In this document: positions 11,480 through 22,729 of the stretch, one piece after another
Layout of the letters: each line of letters opens with the position of its first letter
Position numbering within the stretch: position 1 is the stretch's first letter
Assembly (NCBI GenBank): GCA_963713605.1
Contig: CAVQMO010000010.1
Span: 32,001-96,000 of the forward strand
Source: an uncultured Nitrososphaerales archaeon
Lineage (GTDB): Archaea > Thermoproteota > Nitrososphaeria > Nitrososphaerales > Nitrososphaeraceae
Direction: 5' to 3'
Length of the DNA stretch: 64,000 nucleotides
Translations under genes and position numbers: made by a program
The notes under the pieces: generated by a model
Told to the model about the DNA's origin: nothing
Seen by the model: only the letters and a program-made list of their open reading frames with translations
Databases searched by the model: none

Positions 11480-14400
11480 ATGGCAATTAATGATGCCAAT
11501 CGATTTCAGAGTCCCATGGCATTCGGGGGAAACCCTGAAATGGAAAACATGACCAGCTTACAGACAGCAGGCGAATATCAGAATCCAACAGAATATTTTG
11601 CTCCTAGTATGGAAGCAGAACAAGAATTGGAACAGGAAGCAGAACAAGAATTGGAACAGGAAGCAGAACATGAGGGTGAGGGGGAAGTTAGCGAATCTGA
11701 GCTCGAGAGAGAACTTTTCCTTAATGAGCTGCGGGACAGCGATTTTGAAAGCATGACGTCTGAAATGCTTCTTGAAGTGGAGGCAAATTTTGAAGGATAT
11801 GCTAATCAACATGGTGTAATTGGAGAACGTGAATCTATGATGAATCATCCAAATTTTGAAAATGTTGTTAACGAGTACTTTCAGACATCGATAGGTCCTA
11901 TGGTGCCAAAGATTCAAGCAGAGCTTGATTCCTTTTCAAATTATATTCAGAATAACGTTCCTATAGGCGCAGAGTACCATGTTCTAAAGCAAGTCACAGA
12001 TTCGTACCAGCCTATACATTCGGAGGACTTCATAAAAAGACTTGCAAAAAGAGTCGTTAAAGGTGTCAAAGGTTTTGCAAAGAGAGGATTAAAAGTAATC
12101 AGAAAGGTGGCAAAAGGGGTTGCTAAATTTGGAAAATTCCTAATTACAGGTCCGCTACGAATTGCCATTAGACGCTTTATCGGCTGGATACGTGCAAATA
12201 TTGGACGAATTTTACGCTCCCTAGTGAGAAAGGCTATTATGAGGTTACCGCCGCTTGCCAGGCCTATTGTAAGAAAGGCTCTTAAACGGTTAGGACTGGC
12301 AGAATCAGAACATGAAGACTTTGTCACCGAGTCTGACGTGAGGTCTACTGAAATGATCGCGGAATTGGAAACAGAATCAGAAGAAGAGCTTGAGGGGATG
12401 CAAGCTGAAAACTTAATTCCTGAATTTCAAACAGAGAGTATGATTTCTGAGGCCGAACTTGACTATGAAGATGAGACTTTACACGAAAGTGAGACACAAG
12501 TTGCAGAATTATTGCAAGAATTTGATACAGAGCTATTCAATTTTGGCGAGGTTGAATTAAGTCATGTAGCTGAAGCAGAAGCATCGCAGCCATACTCTCC
12601 AGAAGCATCGCAGCCATACTCTCCAGAAGCATCGCAGCCATACTCTCCAGAAGCATACTCTCCAGAAGCATCGCAGCCATACTCTCCAGAAGCATACTCT
12701 CCAGAAGCATCGGCAGCCAGAAGCATACTCTCCAGAAGCATCGCAGCCAGAAGCATACTCTCCAGAAGCATCGCAGCCAGAAGCATACTCTCCAGAAGCA
12801 TGGCAGAAGCATACTCTCCAGAAGCATCACCAGAAGCATACTCTCCAGAAGCATCGAGCCAGAAGCATACTCTCCAGAAGCATCTCAGCCAGAAGCATAC
12901 TCTCCAGAAGCATCGCAGACCATACTCTCCAGAAGCATACTCTCCAGAAGCATACTCTCCAGAAGCATCGCAGCCATACTCTCCAGAAGCATCGCAGCCA
13001 GAAGCATACTCTCCAGAAGCATCGCAGCCAGAAGCATACTCTCCAGAAGCATCGCCAGCCATACTCTCCAGAAGCATACTCTCCAGAAGCATACTCTCCA
13101 GAAGCATCGCAGCCATACTCTCCAGAAGCATCGCAGCCAGAAGCATACTCTCCAGAAGCATCGCAGCCATACTCTCCAGAAGCATCGCAGCCAGAAGCAT
13201 ACTCTCCAGAAGCATCGCAGCCAGAAGCATACTCTCCAGAAGCATCGCAGCCATACTCTCCTGAATACGAAACTGAGCGGATGGCAGGACCAGACACTAG
13301 AATGGTCAGTCAAGCTTATGAAAAATTCGTGAACGCAGTAGCTGTTAATCCATCTAGTTTTCATCAAGAATTGGAGCAATTTGCTCCATTAGCTCTGCAA
13401 GGCGTAAGGATCGCCTTCAAAGCAATTCCACCGCTGAGAAATTCTGTAGTAACGTCTTATTGCCAAATTATTAGAAAAATTACTAGGAAGATGGATTCCA
13501 AAACAGTACGGAAGCGTAGTTTACCGACCATTGGCAAGTTTACTGTTAAAACTAATGGGGCTAGAAGCATCTGCTAATCCAGCATTACAAAATAGAGTCT
13601 TTGCGGAAGCAATTGCTAATACAGCTACAGAAGCATTGGTGAGCGCAGCTACATTGCCTCAATCAATACTAGAAAGCAATCAACAACTTTTGGAAAGCGA
13701 ACTTGAATCATTAGTACAACAAGCCGGTACTTAATAATATCCCTGGAGAAGCACTGGGAGAATCATTTACCCCATTGCGTAGAATAAGAGGACCAATCCA
13801 TTTTATTTCTAAAGGAAAATATCAATATTTGAATAGACCGATAAGGGTAAGGCTTAACCCAGCACAGATTAATACAATAAGAATTAGGGGAGCTGCATCC
13901 TTTAGCGATTTCTTAAGGAGACAATACAGATGGAATGGTAGGACAGCTCTTACAATTGAAATCCTACTCTTTAGGACTAGCCCAGTACGTGGAAAAATGT
14001 CAGATATATTAAGAGCTTATTTTGGCCGTGGACAGCGTATTCGACTCACTCCATTTCACTTTAGACAACTTCATCCTATGACTGGGAGTGCTTCAAGAAT
14101 ATTCAAATTGCATACCATTTGGTCACGGCCCATTCCCACGTACTACTTGGTGAACAAAATATTACCGGCTACAGGAGGTATAGTTGCATTCCCATCAACA
14201 GCATCAACTAGGGAAACTCCTCAGCGAAGTAACAATGCTAGTATAAAGATAGATACTTTGGGAAGATTAAGAGCATCAGTGGACCCTAAACAATCAAACA
14301 ATAAAAACACTAAGAGCCCTAGGACCAAACATAAGGAAAGGGCTAAAACCACTCCTGAATCGTATCGTCTCATCAGCACGAAGATGGATAACTAACTTGC

Positions 14401-14684
14401 TGACAAGATTAAGGATTCCGATGCGGATTGCCAAGGCTTTGGCCGGGCTATTAGTTAGAATGGCCTTAGGATATTTTAGGCGTGCTGAAACAAACATCAT
14501 ACGCAAAATAAATACACTACTTAACAGAAGAGGCGGTGTAACTATTTCCCTTATTGTCAAGTTGCCAACGAATATCGTGAGAACTCTAATTAGAGCTCGA
14601 CCGGGAAGATTGATATTCTTAATTCGATCTCTGGTCAGAAGAGTGTCATTTTCAGTAGCCGTAACCGCTGGTTATAATATGTGA
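11480..14684 (+). CDS. giant (~1000 aa) hypothetical protein with alternating acidic and cationic-amphipathic blocks and an internal tandem repeat (several frameshifts)
   Basis: ORFs 11480-13264, 13281-13577, 13531-13734, 13775-14395 and 14397-14684 abut or overlap on one strand and read continuously across single-base shifts. Confidence 0.65.
12576..13263 (+). repeat. ~690-bp tandem array built on a CCAGAAGCAT core (15/21/30-bp units), encoding SPEAY / SPEASQPY / SPEASQPEAY
   Basis: Directly visible; no unique spacers. Confidence 0.95.
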
Positions 14685-14691
14685 ACTCATA

Positions 14692-16027
14692 ATGTCTAGA
14701 CTCCTCACTTACCCCTTAAGTCAATTTGACAGAACTAATACAATTGATAGTTCAAATGCTATTTTTATAATAAGGAACGCTATTGCTGGCTTGAGTTTCG
14801 CGGTAGAGAATCTGGTAAATCCAATATCCAGAATATCAGAAGAAGCAAGACGTCAACTCACTTTTCAGCAAAGCGTAGCTATCGAAAATTCTTTCTCTAT
14901 AAGAACATTCTACTTGAAGAGAGAATTGGCAAAAGTCAAAGAACTGATCGCTCGACCACATGATATTCTAGCGAATAAGGATAGAGTTAGATATCACCTT
15001 GAACGACTCCGGAACGAATACTTGAAAAGCGAAATGGTGTTTGGCTATTATATCGATCTTCTAAATACTCGTGGGATGGCGGGAATGGGCGGCTCCCTTC
15101 GCGGATACGATTATCTTTCCATGCTAACTCTAAAGATATTTCTGGGCCCGCTAAGACACAGAATACCAACTGTTGTGGTTTATCTTGAGCAAATAGGTGA
15201 TGGAGCTGCCAATTATGCGCGCAGACATTTCTCTTTGGGACAGACTAAGAAACCCATGTGCCATCATAAAGGTCCCACAAAATAGTATCAATACTCCAAG
15301 ATCGTCAATATTTCATGAAGCTGGACATCAAATAGGAAGTATAACTGGATTAAACAAGGAGGGCGCGAATCTACTCTATAATACTGTCAGAGCTGCTGGA
15401 GGCTCATCTTCACTTGCTGAATACTACAGGCTCTGTGCAACGGAGATAGTTGCAGACCAGGTTGCAACACAACTGACAAATTGGATAGGCGCAATTACGC
15501 TATATAATATTTATTCAGGTTCTTCCGGAAGCTCTCTGGGAAGAGCGGCTCGCATGTTTATGGTGATTCCGGGCGATCCTCATCTCATGGGGTATTTGAG
15601 AATCAGAAGCAGTATCGAATCATGTCGCCTTGCACTTGGCCGAGGACCTTGGGATCAGATGGAACGTGTATTGGAAATTCTTTATCCAATATCGTTAGCG
15701 CCTCCAGAATCAGCACGGCTCATAAGGGAATCATTACCAATACTTCCAATAATTTGCAGAGCGCTTGCAAGAACAAAATTGACATCCTTCAGAGGGAAGT
15801 GTTTTGAAGACATGTTTCCTATGAGACTATGTTCATTGAATGCTGTCAAAAGGGTTTTAAACATCGACTTGTCAAACTTCTCTGTGTCTATGAGTGGGAT
15901 GATTAAAAATCCAATTTTGACGACAGTCGCATTTGGCACTTTGCAAATGCTTGGTGGAAAATCGCTTTACTGGATAACAGAACAGATGCGTCTATGGCTG
16001 GAGCAACTAGGAAGGAGGGTGCAATAA
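14692..16027 (+). CDS. putative zinc metallopeptidase, HExxH/gluzincin-like (one frameshift near 15210)
   Basis: SIFHEAGHQIG, downstream EIVAD (candidate third ligand) and DPHLMGYLRI. Confidence 0.65.
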
Positions 16028-16033
16028 TCTAGA

Positions 16034-17642
16034 ATGAGTATGACTTATGCACCTTCTGATTTATCGACTATGGACAAGGATATCACAATCCAGCAAGGAA
16101 GAATCACTATGTTGCAATTCGCTCCGTAGATATGCTAATTGCAAAGACTTACGAATCAATCGTTGAGAGACTTAATAGCAGAATAAACAATATAAACAAT
16201 GTCCCATTCAATGACGTCGGTCCTTTCAACAATCCTTATGAATTTACGATTCAGCAGCTGGCTCCATTGGACCAAGAAGTAACTAAGGATTGGGAGGTGA
16301 TTACAAACGGAGGACCTAGTTCTGATGGTGGTAGTTTGAGTAAGCGAATTAAGGATGCTGAAACACATATTTTGACAGGATCAAAAGACTATATTTATAA
16401 TGCCCTCTTTTTCATGGAGACCATCGACGTATTCAAAATATACAAAATTTCACTTACTATTCAGAAAATGCTTTCACATGTAATACCAAATATAAGAAAG
16501 CTACATGATTTCAGGGTAGAGCCAGACACTATAGCACTCCAGCGTTCAAACAATTTATACGGAACAGAAAATCAAGCAGATAGCGAATCCTTAGAATACT
16601 TTGTAAGCTCGACTGAGCAACTCATTGCCGAGGCATTGGCAAACGCTAATCCCGGAATGTCAATAGGTGAACGTGTAATGGAGGTTATGATCGAACTTGT
16701 ACAACGCGCAGGATATTTGGTAAAAAATTATGTAGAAAAATTTGGATCTGAATCAGAAAATAATGTTCTCCAGGAACAAAGGGAAAAGAGAATAGCCAGG
16801 GTCTTATTTCCACCGCATGACCTAGATGATGACATTAATGAAGACGTGAGACATTATCTACTCTCAGTCCTTCTGGACGACTTAGGTTTTACGTTTCTTT
16901 ATGATTTATTCGACAGAGATCTTCCTCCTCTTGTTTTCGACGTAGAAGATTCGGAAATACTAAGTAGTCCAATTAGTTTATGGGGCCCAATTTTCGTGGA
17001 TAGCGATCCCGAGTTATTTGATATTCTGACTGGTCTAATACCAACAGTGCTCGATAGGTACAGACTTCCGCACCAATCATTATCTGAAGCTCAGCATGAC
17101 TTGTGGCCTGGGGCAGTTACAGTTATGGAAGATTTCCTCAAAAGGACTTTCTTGCGTAGCCGTACTGATGAAATAGAATACTTGGTTAACAATTCTTCAG
17201 CAGATCAATGTCTTTGGACTCTGAGAAATCTTAAGAGTACTTGTCGACAATGATACCGGGATTACAACTCCAGCCGGTCCAATGGATGCAGCTAGTATCT
17301 GGAAAGCAACAAACGATTCAACTTATCGCATTCCATTTAACTTTATGATGAATTGGCTCCTAAGCGAAGAAAAGGAACTAGGGGAGCCTTTTAGATATGC
17401 ATTAATTTTACTTACGAAATCAGATAAAGTCGCGATCTTTGGCAGCGAGGCAAATGTTAGACAGGATCGTACCTCCAGCAATGTTTCCAGGTTCTTTGGA
17501 ATCATCGCAGTTACTTCCGAAGGGAGGAACACTAATTGATCTAAACTATAATAGGGAACAAAAAAACAAACAAATTTTGCTGACACGGCTAGGACGGCCT
17601 AAAGGACTAGAGTCCGCTCTTTCAAAGGTGAGAATGCCATGA
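16034..17642 (+). CDS. large acidic helical hypothetical protein (frameshifted)
   Basis: ATG 16034 lies 6 bp after the previous stop; ORFs 16132-17253, 17282-17539 and 17439-17642 chain; stop overlaps the next ATG (ATGA). Confidence 0.55.
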
Positions 17643-18508
17643 ATGCCATGAATACTATGAATTCGTCAATCGATATACGTGTTCCTGGAAACAAGCGTCA
17701 TCCGATATGGCTTTACTATATAGAGAGAACGAATATAGTAAATGTTTTCAGAGCTATACTCCGATCATTTCTTATAACTGACATTGATATGAGTCTGACT
17801 CCAGTGGAGGATAAGCGCCTTTCGGATAAATTGTTAGAGACGGTAAACTATGTCTTCCCTACTGAACACTCTACGATAGCTCGTCAGTTTGGTCTAGAAC
17901 AATTGCGTTGGAATATTTACCAACGCGTTTTTGGATATGATGACCGAAGTAAGGCTTTTCCAAGATCACCTACTTCTAATAAAATATTTCACACACTCCA
18001 GGAATCAATTTTCCTGAATATCTCAAGGGCAATATGGACAAAAGAGAGTTACATTTCAAAAGATTGCTGACCCTGCTAGTCTTTCTGAAATGTTAACGAA
18101 TATGAGAGAGACATTGCTTGCTCAACAGATGAATACAGTCACCGACTCTGCGTTATATTGGGCCATTAGTTTCACGATGCTTCTACGTCTTCTTGATGAC
18201 CGAAAACTGATCAGAGAAAAACTAGGTGTGGCTGCTTAGGGAGAGATCAAATACTGATCGCTTTGGGGGCCAAATTTAAGGTTCAGGTACCACGTAATGT
18301 ACTCTACTATTTTGATCTTGCGGAGAGGATGGAGACTATGCTTTTGACAATAGAGACAACACATTGGGATATAGACAAAGCAGAAGCTTGGTATGCAAGC
18401 GAAAATTTCTGGAAACTTATTTTTAATGCGTATTATAGAGTTTGGGGAAAAGATTTCATGCAGATGGCTGTCCATTCCTTTCCAGCTGGGCAGACTATAA
18501 GACGTTAA
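17639..18508 (+). CDS. helical hypothetical protein, last gene of the operon (frameshifted)
   Basis: 17639-18070 joins DPASLSEMLTNMRETLL...KLGVAA and 18263-18508; followed by T-rich ATTTTATTTTT, a possible archaeal terminator. Confidence 0.6.
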
Positions 18509-18606
18509 ATGAGTCAAATCATTTTATTTTTAAAGTCAAATCGGCGGACTTGGTCTAGAAGTTTACGTGTTTACACAAAAGAACAAAAAGGGTATAATAC
18601 TTGAAG

Positions 18607-20013
18607 TCAGCTAACTATTCCTGATCTACGTGCAAATCGATTAATGATTTCACTAATTAACTTAGTTCCTAGATACAGTAGCTCAATTTTTGCAAACTCA
18701 TTAAATGAATGAATGTTAGAAAAAATATCGGAACAACCTATTGCAACACATGGTGCCTTAGTTGATTGGACAAGAAGGCTCATAGGACCGCTTCCAGCTG
18801 ACGATAAATTTATTATCGGATTTGAGCCAAAAATTACACGCCCAGAACTTATGACGGTCTTTACAAAGGGATCTGTAAATTTGGTTCTTGAAGGTGCAAG
18901 CCCATGTACGAATTTTACTGAAATATCCGTAAATCCTGCTCTCGATAGGTGTGTTTTCAGCCTATTAAATTGTGATTTTGGAGTCATGTCAGGGACTAGA
19001 CGAAGGTCTATTACTGCTCTAGCCGTTGATGGCAAAACGGTTTTTGCACCTTTGCCTGAATAACCAGATACAATTCCAGAGATGTTGCATGTAGGTCTTT
19101 CTGCTAACATCCTCCTTGATTCATTTCTACGTAACCAAGGTGCAAGACGGGCAAGTCTATACTTTGTTTTGAATTCCATTTCATCAAACACTGGTTGGAT
19201 TGTTGTAAAACGAAGCTCATCTGCATCTAATGAGCGAAAATCACGATACCAATCCTTCACGGTTACGGTTCCCGTTTTTTCATCCCATATAGTGCTCAAG
19301 GCCTTAACAATAGTCCAAGCAGGATTGGAAACAATAGGAGCTAGACTTGAATGTATATCAGTTGAGGGACCGCATGCAGTCAATTCAACATAAAGAAGAC
19401 CCTTCATACCCAAATTTACAATAGGTCTAAGTTGAGTATCCACATATCCAAATTCCCAAATTATTCCATCACACTTCACCTTATGTCCAAGCATTTTAAG
19501 ATAGCTTCCTAAATGTGGACTACCGATCTCTTCTTCCCCTTCAACAATGAATTTTATATTACATGGTACATCTCCAGTCACTCGCACTATCGATTCCACA
19601 GCCTTTATGCGGGCCATCAGTTCACCTTTGTCATCAGCGGATCCTCGACCAAATATTTTGTTATCAATTATATCTCCACTGAAAGGATGTCGTTCCCACC
19701 GATCAAGTGGTTCTATTGGTTGGACATCATAATGATTATAGAATAAGATAGTCCTTCCGTTTGGACTAGATTTTGATGTTATTTCACCATATACCAGCGG
19801 AGGAGGCGATTCTATGTTATTTTTATTGAAGTATAACAATTCTGATTTTATATTCGCCTTGCGCATTATATCTCGAACTAATTTCGCACACTCCTCCAGT
19901 CTCTGATTCTTGACTGAAATACTAGGAATTTGAATCAAAGATTTTAGATCGAATATTAGAGCATCAATTTCTGGCTTGTGCAAATTCGAAATGGATCTCA
20001 TTTCTTTAGACAT
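18607..20013 (-). CDS. M20/M25/M40 family metallopeptidase (ArgE/DapE-like)
   Basis: FYNHYDVQP, GRGSADDKG, EGEEEIGS, DIHSS, NIHSFNE. Confidence 0.92.
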   Translation of the reverse strand: MSKEMRSISNLHKPEIDALIFDLKSLIQIPSISVKNQRLEECAKLVRDIMRKANIKSELLYFNKNNIESPPPLVYGEITSKSSPNGRTILFYNHYDVQPIEPLDRWERHPFSGDIIDNKIFGRGSADDKGELMARIKAVESIVRVTGDVPCNIKFIVEGEEEIGSPHLGSYLKMLGHKVKCDGIIWEFGYVDTQLRPIVNLGMKGLLYVELTACGPSTDIHSSLAPIVSNPAWTIVKALSTIWDEKTGTVTVKDWYRDFRSLDADELRFTTIQPVFDEMEFKTKYRLARLAPWLRRNESRRMLAERPTCNISGIVSGYSGKGAKTVLPSTARAVIDLRLVPDMTPKSQFNRLKTHLSRAGFTDISVKFVHGLAPSRTKFTDPFVKTVISSGRVIFGSNPIINLSSAGSGPMSLLVQSTKAPCVAIGCSDIFSNIHSFNEFAKIELLYLGTKLISEIINRFARRSGIVS

Positions 20014-20505
20014 ACAACGATCATCAACTGGGGTATCTTCTTAATAGATTCCAATTAACCATTTGCTATCATGATGAATAATCTATATTTTTTAATGTTA
20101 TTTTAGCAAGATATTCTATCCACATCATTAGAAGAGCAAAGAAGGCTATGCCGATAAGTCACATTATAACATAGAAGGGAATTCTAAATGCTATTGCAAA
20201 ACTACTCTCGGATCTCGCTTGTATGAAATCCTCATCCTGCGATTCATATAAATCTTAGGAACCTCAATTAACATTCAATCAAAATATTTTTTGAAGTTAA
20301 GATCCAGTTTATATCAGATAGCACTAATTTTTATTCGATCTTAAATAATTCTAAATTAAGATTAGATTCTGAACAACAGGATAGATGCCTTTGACAGATT
20401 CGAGAATAAATTACAATTACTATTGAAAGAATCATTACATTGTTATACGAACTCCTTCAAATTGTATAGTAATTATCCTGGAAAAATCAGGTGAAATAGT
20501 CTAAA

Positions 20506-21016
20506 TTGAAGTGGTGGTCTTAACATTTGCGCGCCCGGTCAGGAATGCTGTCCCGACGGTAAGTGTGCTGCACCCGGTCAATGTTGTGGCGTTGGTTCGT
20601 GTCCCCATCTTACTTTTGTTGTAAGGATCAGAACTGTTGTTCTCCAGGTGACACATGTTGTAATGACGGGACATGCTCAAAACCAGGTGAGCCCTGTTGC
20701 GGTTTTGGCAACTGTCTATCAGGGCAGAAATGTTGTCCTGATGGGAAATGTGTTGATCCGGGTGATTGTTGCAGCGACTCAGATTGTCCATCAGGTAAGC
20801 AGTGCTGTGACGGTAAATATATTCCTGCGAGTGCGTGTTGCTATGATTTTGATTGTTCACCAGGTACGCACTGCTGTAATGGTAAATGTGATGATGTTGC
20901 AGAAACGCACATTGTTCAACAGGTAAGAAATGTTGTAATGTTAAACACAACATAGCACAGCTGGTAACTCTAAACATAACATGGTCCTTAGACAATAGGG
21001 GATATTTTTATAGCTG
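20506..21016 (+). pseudogene. Cys-rich repeat protein fragment (CC-x-D-G-x-C repeats), no clear start
   Basis: Repeated CCPDGKC / CCSDSDC / CCNGKC motifs across frames. Confidence 0.6.
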
Positions 21017-21039
21017 ATTAATGACTAGAAGTTACTAAA

Positions 21040-21957
21040 ATGAGCAATAATCAAGGATCCTTTGAGGCCGAATTCAAACTAGATCCACGTCCACCGAGTG
21101 AAGGTGGACTTACCGATGAGCATTGTAAGGCAAAACTTAAACAGATACAAGATATAGGGAGGCATCGACATGAACAAGTTCGTATAGAATTCCCTACGAT
21201 AAATGATGGGAATACTAGCGCAATTTATACAGTAACTGTATTTCACGCTGATGCAGGTAGTGTAATTCTAGGGCACAAAATTCCAAACTTGAGCTGCAGA
21301 CTCACTGAGAACAAATGCATAGGCGTGGTGAAAGCTCAAATCATGCTTGAAGGTCTTGATGATGATAAGGCAGAGGAACTCGGTGAACTTGTTGAACATT
21401 TATGTCACGAAGGGCAAAATCGTAAACTCGTTGTTATTGCACCGCACGGGGGCGAAATTGAACCGTGGACTGATAAGCAGGCAAAATACGTCGGGAATCA
21501 TCTACCACATGATCGCGCATCTGTATGGTTATGTAAGGGTTTTAGTAACCCAAATCTCTCCGATGCACACGAGCGTTGGCATATCACTTCAACAGAAATT
21601 AGCGAGATATCGTTCCCTAAGCTTGGGACGATTTTTGAACCGAAGTTTGAATATGCAATTGCCTTTCATGGTTGGACTCAAGATTCCATTTGTGTCGGAG
21701 GAAACGCCGAAAGTGCGGATGCTGGTTTAATAGGGGAAATTAAGGATGCAATCAAGCAAAAGCTACAGGGTACAAATATTGACGTCGAGGATACCGCTTG
21801 TCCTGGAGGGTTTAATGGTGATGACCCATGCAATATCGTAAACCGCCTAGGAATAAAGGGTATACAAATTGAGCAATGCAAGAAAGCTCGTCGAGATCAC
21901 CATGATAAAATTGCACAGGCAGTTGTTGATGTTATCGGCTCCCGAATCAATGTCTGA
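21040..21957 (+). CDS. poly-gamma-glutamate hydrolase family protein (DUF867/PghP-like)
   Basis: VIAPHGGEIEPWT, WHITSTEI, AIAFHGW, NIVNRL...GIQIEQ. Confidence 0.85.
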   Translation: MSNNQGSFEAEFKLDPRPPSEGGLTDEHCKAKLKQIQDIGRHRHEQVRIEFPTINDGNTSAIYTVTVFHADAGSVILGHKIPNLSCRLTENKCIGVVKAQIMLEGLDDDKAEELGELVEHLCHEGQNRKLVVIAPHGGEIEPWTDKQAKYVGNHLPHDRASVWLCKGFSNPNLSDAHERWHITSTEISEISFPKLGTIFEPKFEYAIAFHGWTQDSICVGGNAESADAGLIGEIKDAIKQKLQGTNIDVEDTACPGGFNGDDPCNIVNRLGIKGIQIEQCKKARRDHHDKIAQAVVDVIGSRINV

Positions 21958-22391
21958 ATGCATTGCAATGGCCTTTGGGACTTCGTTCAATAAAATATAG
22001 CAGAGTTTCAATTACTCGTTACCTACCTTCACTACTGAGCTGTAAGAATATAAGAAAAAGCTACTGAAAGATAGACACCTTCAATCCAGACAGTAGCAAA
22101 CCTGACAGCGGTCGGCTCATCCGGTCCTGACTCTTATATTGTAAATATACAAGGATTCTGGGATAGAGTGACGAAAAATTGTGTTTCTTCAAGAAAAGTT
22201 AAATTTGATAAACCTAGAGCCTTCATGTAATACCATAGATAATGCTACAGGTAAGATATGTCACTCCAATCTGGACATTTAGGCTCCATATGTACGCAGT
22301 AAGAGGGTCAAGAGATGATGGACTGGTCCATGCTACGTCTTCAGATATTGAAAAATACAAGTTACCCTCCTAATACGAGTAAGTTGAAAGG

Positions 22392-22721
22392 TTGAGCACA
22401 GAAGTGGAAAGGCTGCGATGGAGAAGGAATACAGTATTAGAATTATCTAGCGAAGGCCGTAACCAACCACAGATTGCTTCTATACTAAAAGTTAGCCTAG
22501 GTACGGTAAATAGAGATTTACAGCACTTGAAGAGGTTGGCGAAGGCAAACATATCAAAATACATTAACGAGACACTGCGACTGGAATACGAAACTTGTCT
22601 AATCGGACTAAATGCAATATTAGCAAAGACTTGGGATATTGCTAATAATCCACACTCAAATGAACGGGATAGATTACAAGCAATTTCTGTTAGCATGCAA
22701 GCATATTCAATACAAGCATGA
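22392..22721 (+). CDS. HTH protein, terminase small subunit-like, truncated
   Basis: WRRNTVLELSSEGRNQPQIASILKVSLGTVNRDL HTH directly upstream of the terminase nuclease remnant. Confidence 0.55.
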   Translation: MSTEVERLRWRRNTVLELSSEGRNQPQIASILKVSLGTVNRDLQHLKRLAKANISKYINETLRLEYETCLIGLNAILAKTWDIANNPHSNERDRLQAISVSMQAYSIQA

Positions 22722-22729
22722 TGATAGGG

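Noticed and set aside
12576..13263. Possible CRISPR array
   Set aside because: Repeats are contiguous with no unique spacers, unit lengths are multiples of 3 inside an ORF, and no cas genes are present
12537..13379. Minus-strand ORFs (MLLES, CFWRV, ASGEY repeats)
   Set aside because: Shadow frames of the tandem repeat
18225..18262. In-frame TAG in gene D as pyrrolysine or readthrough
   Set aside because: Coding continues in a different frame, so it is an indel rather than a recoded stop
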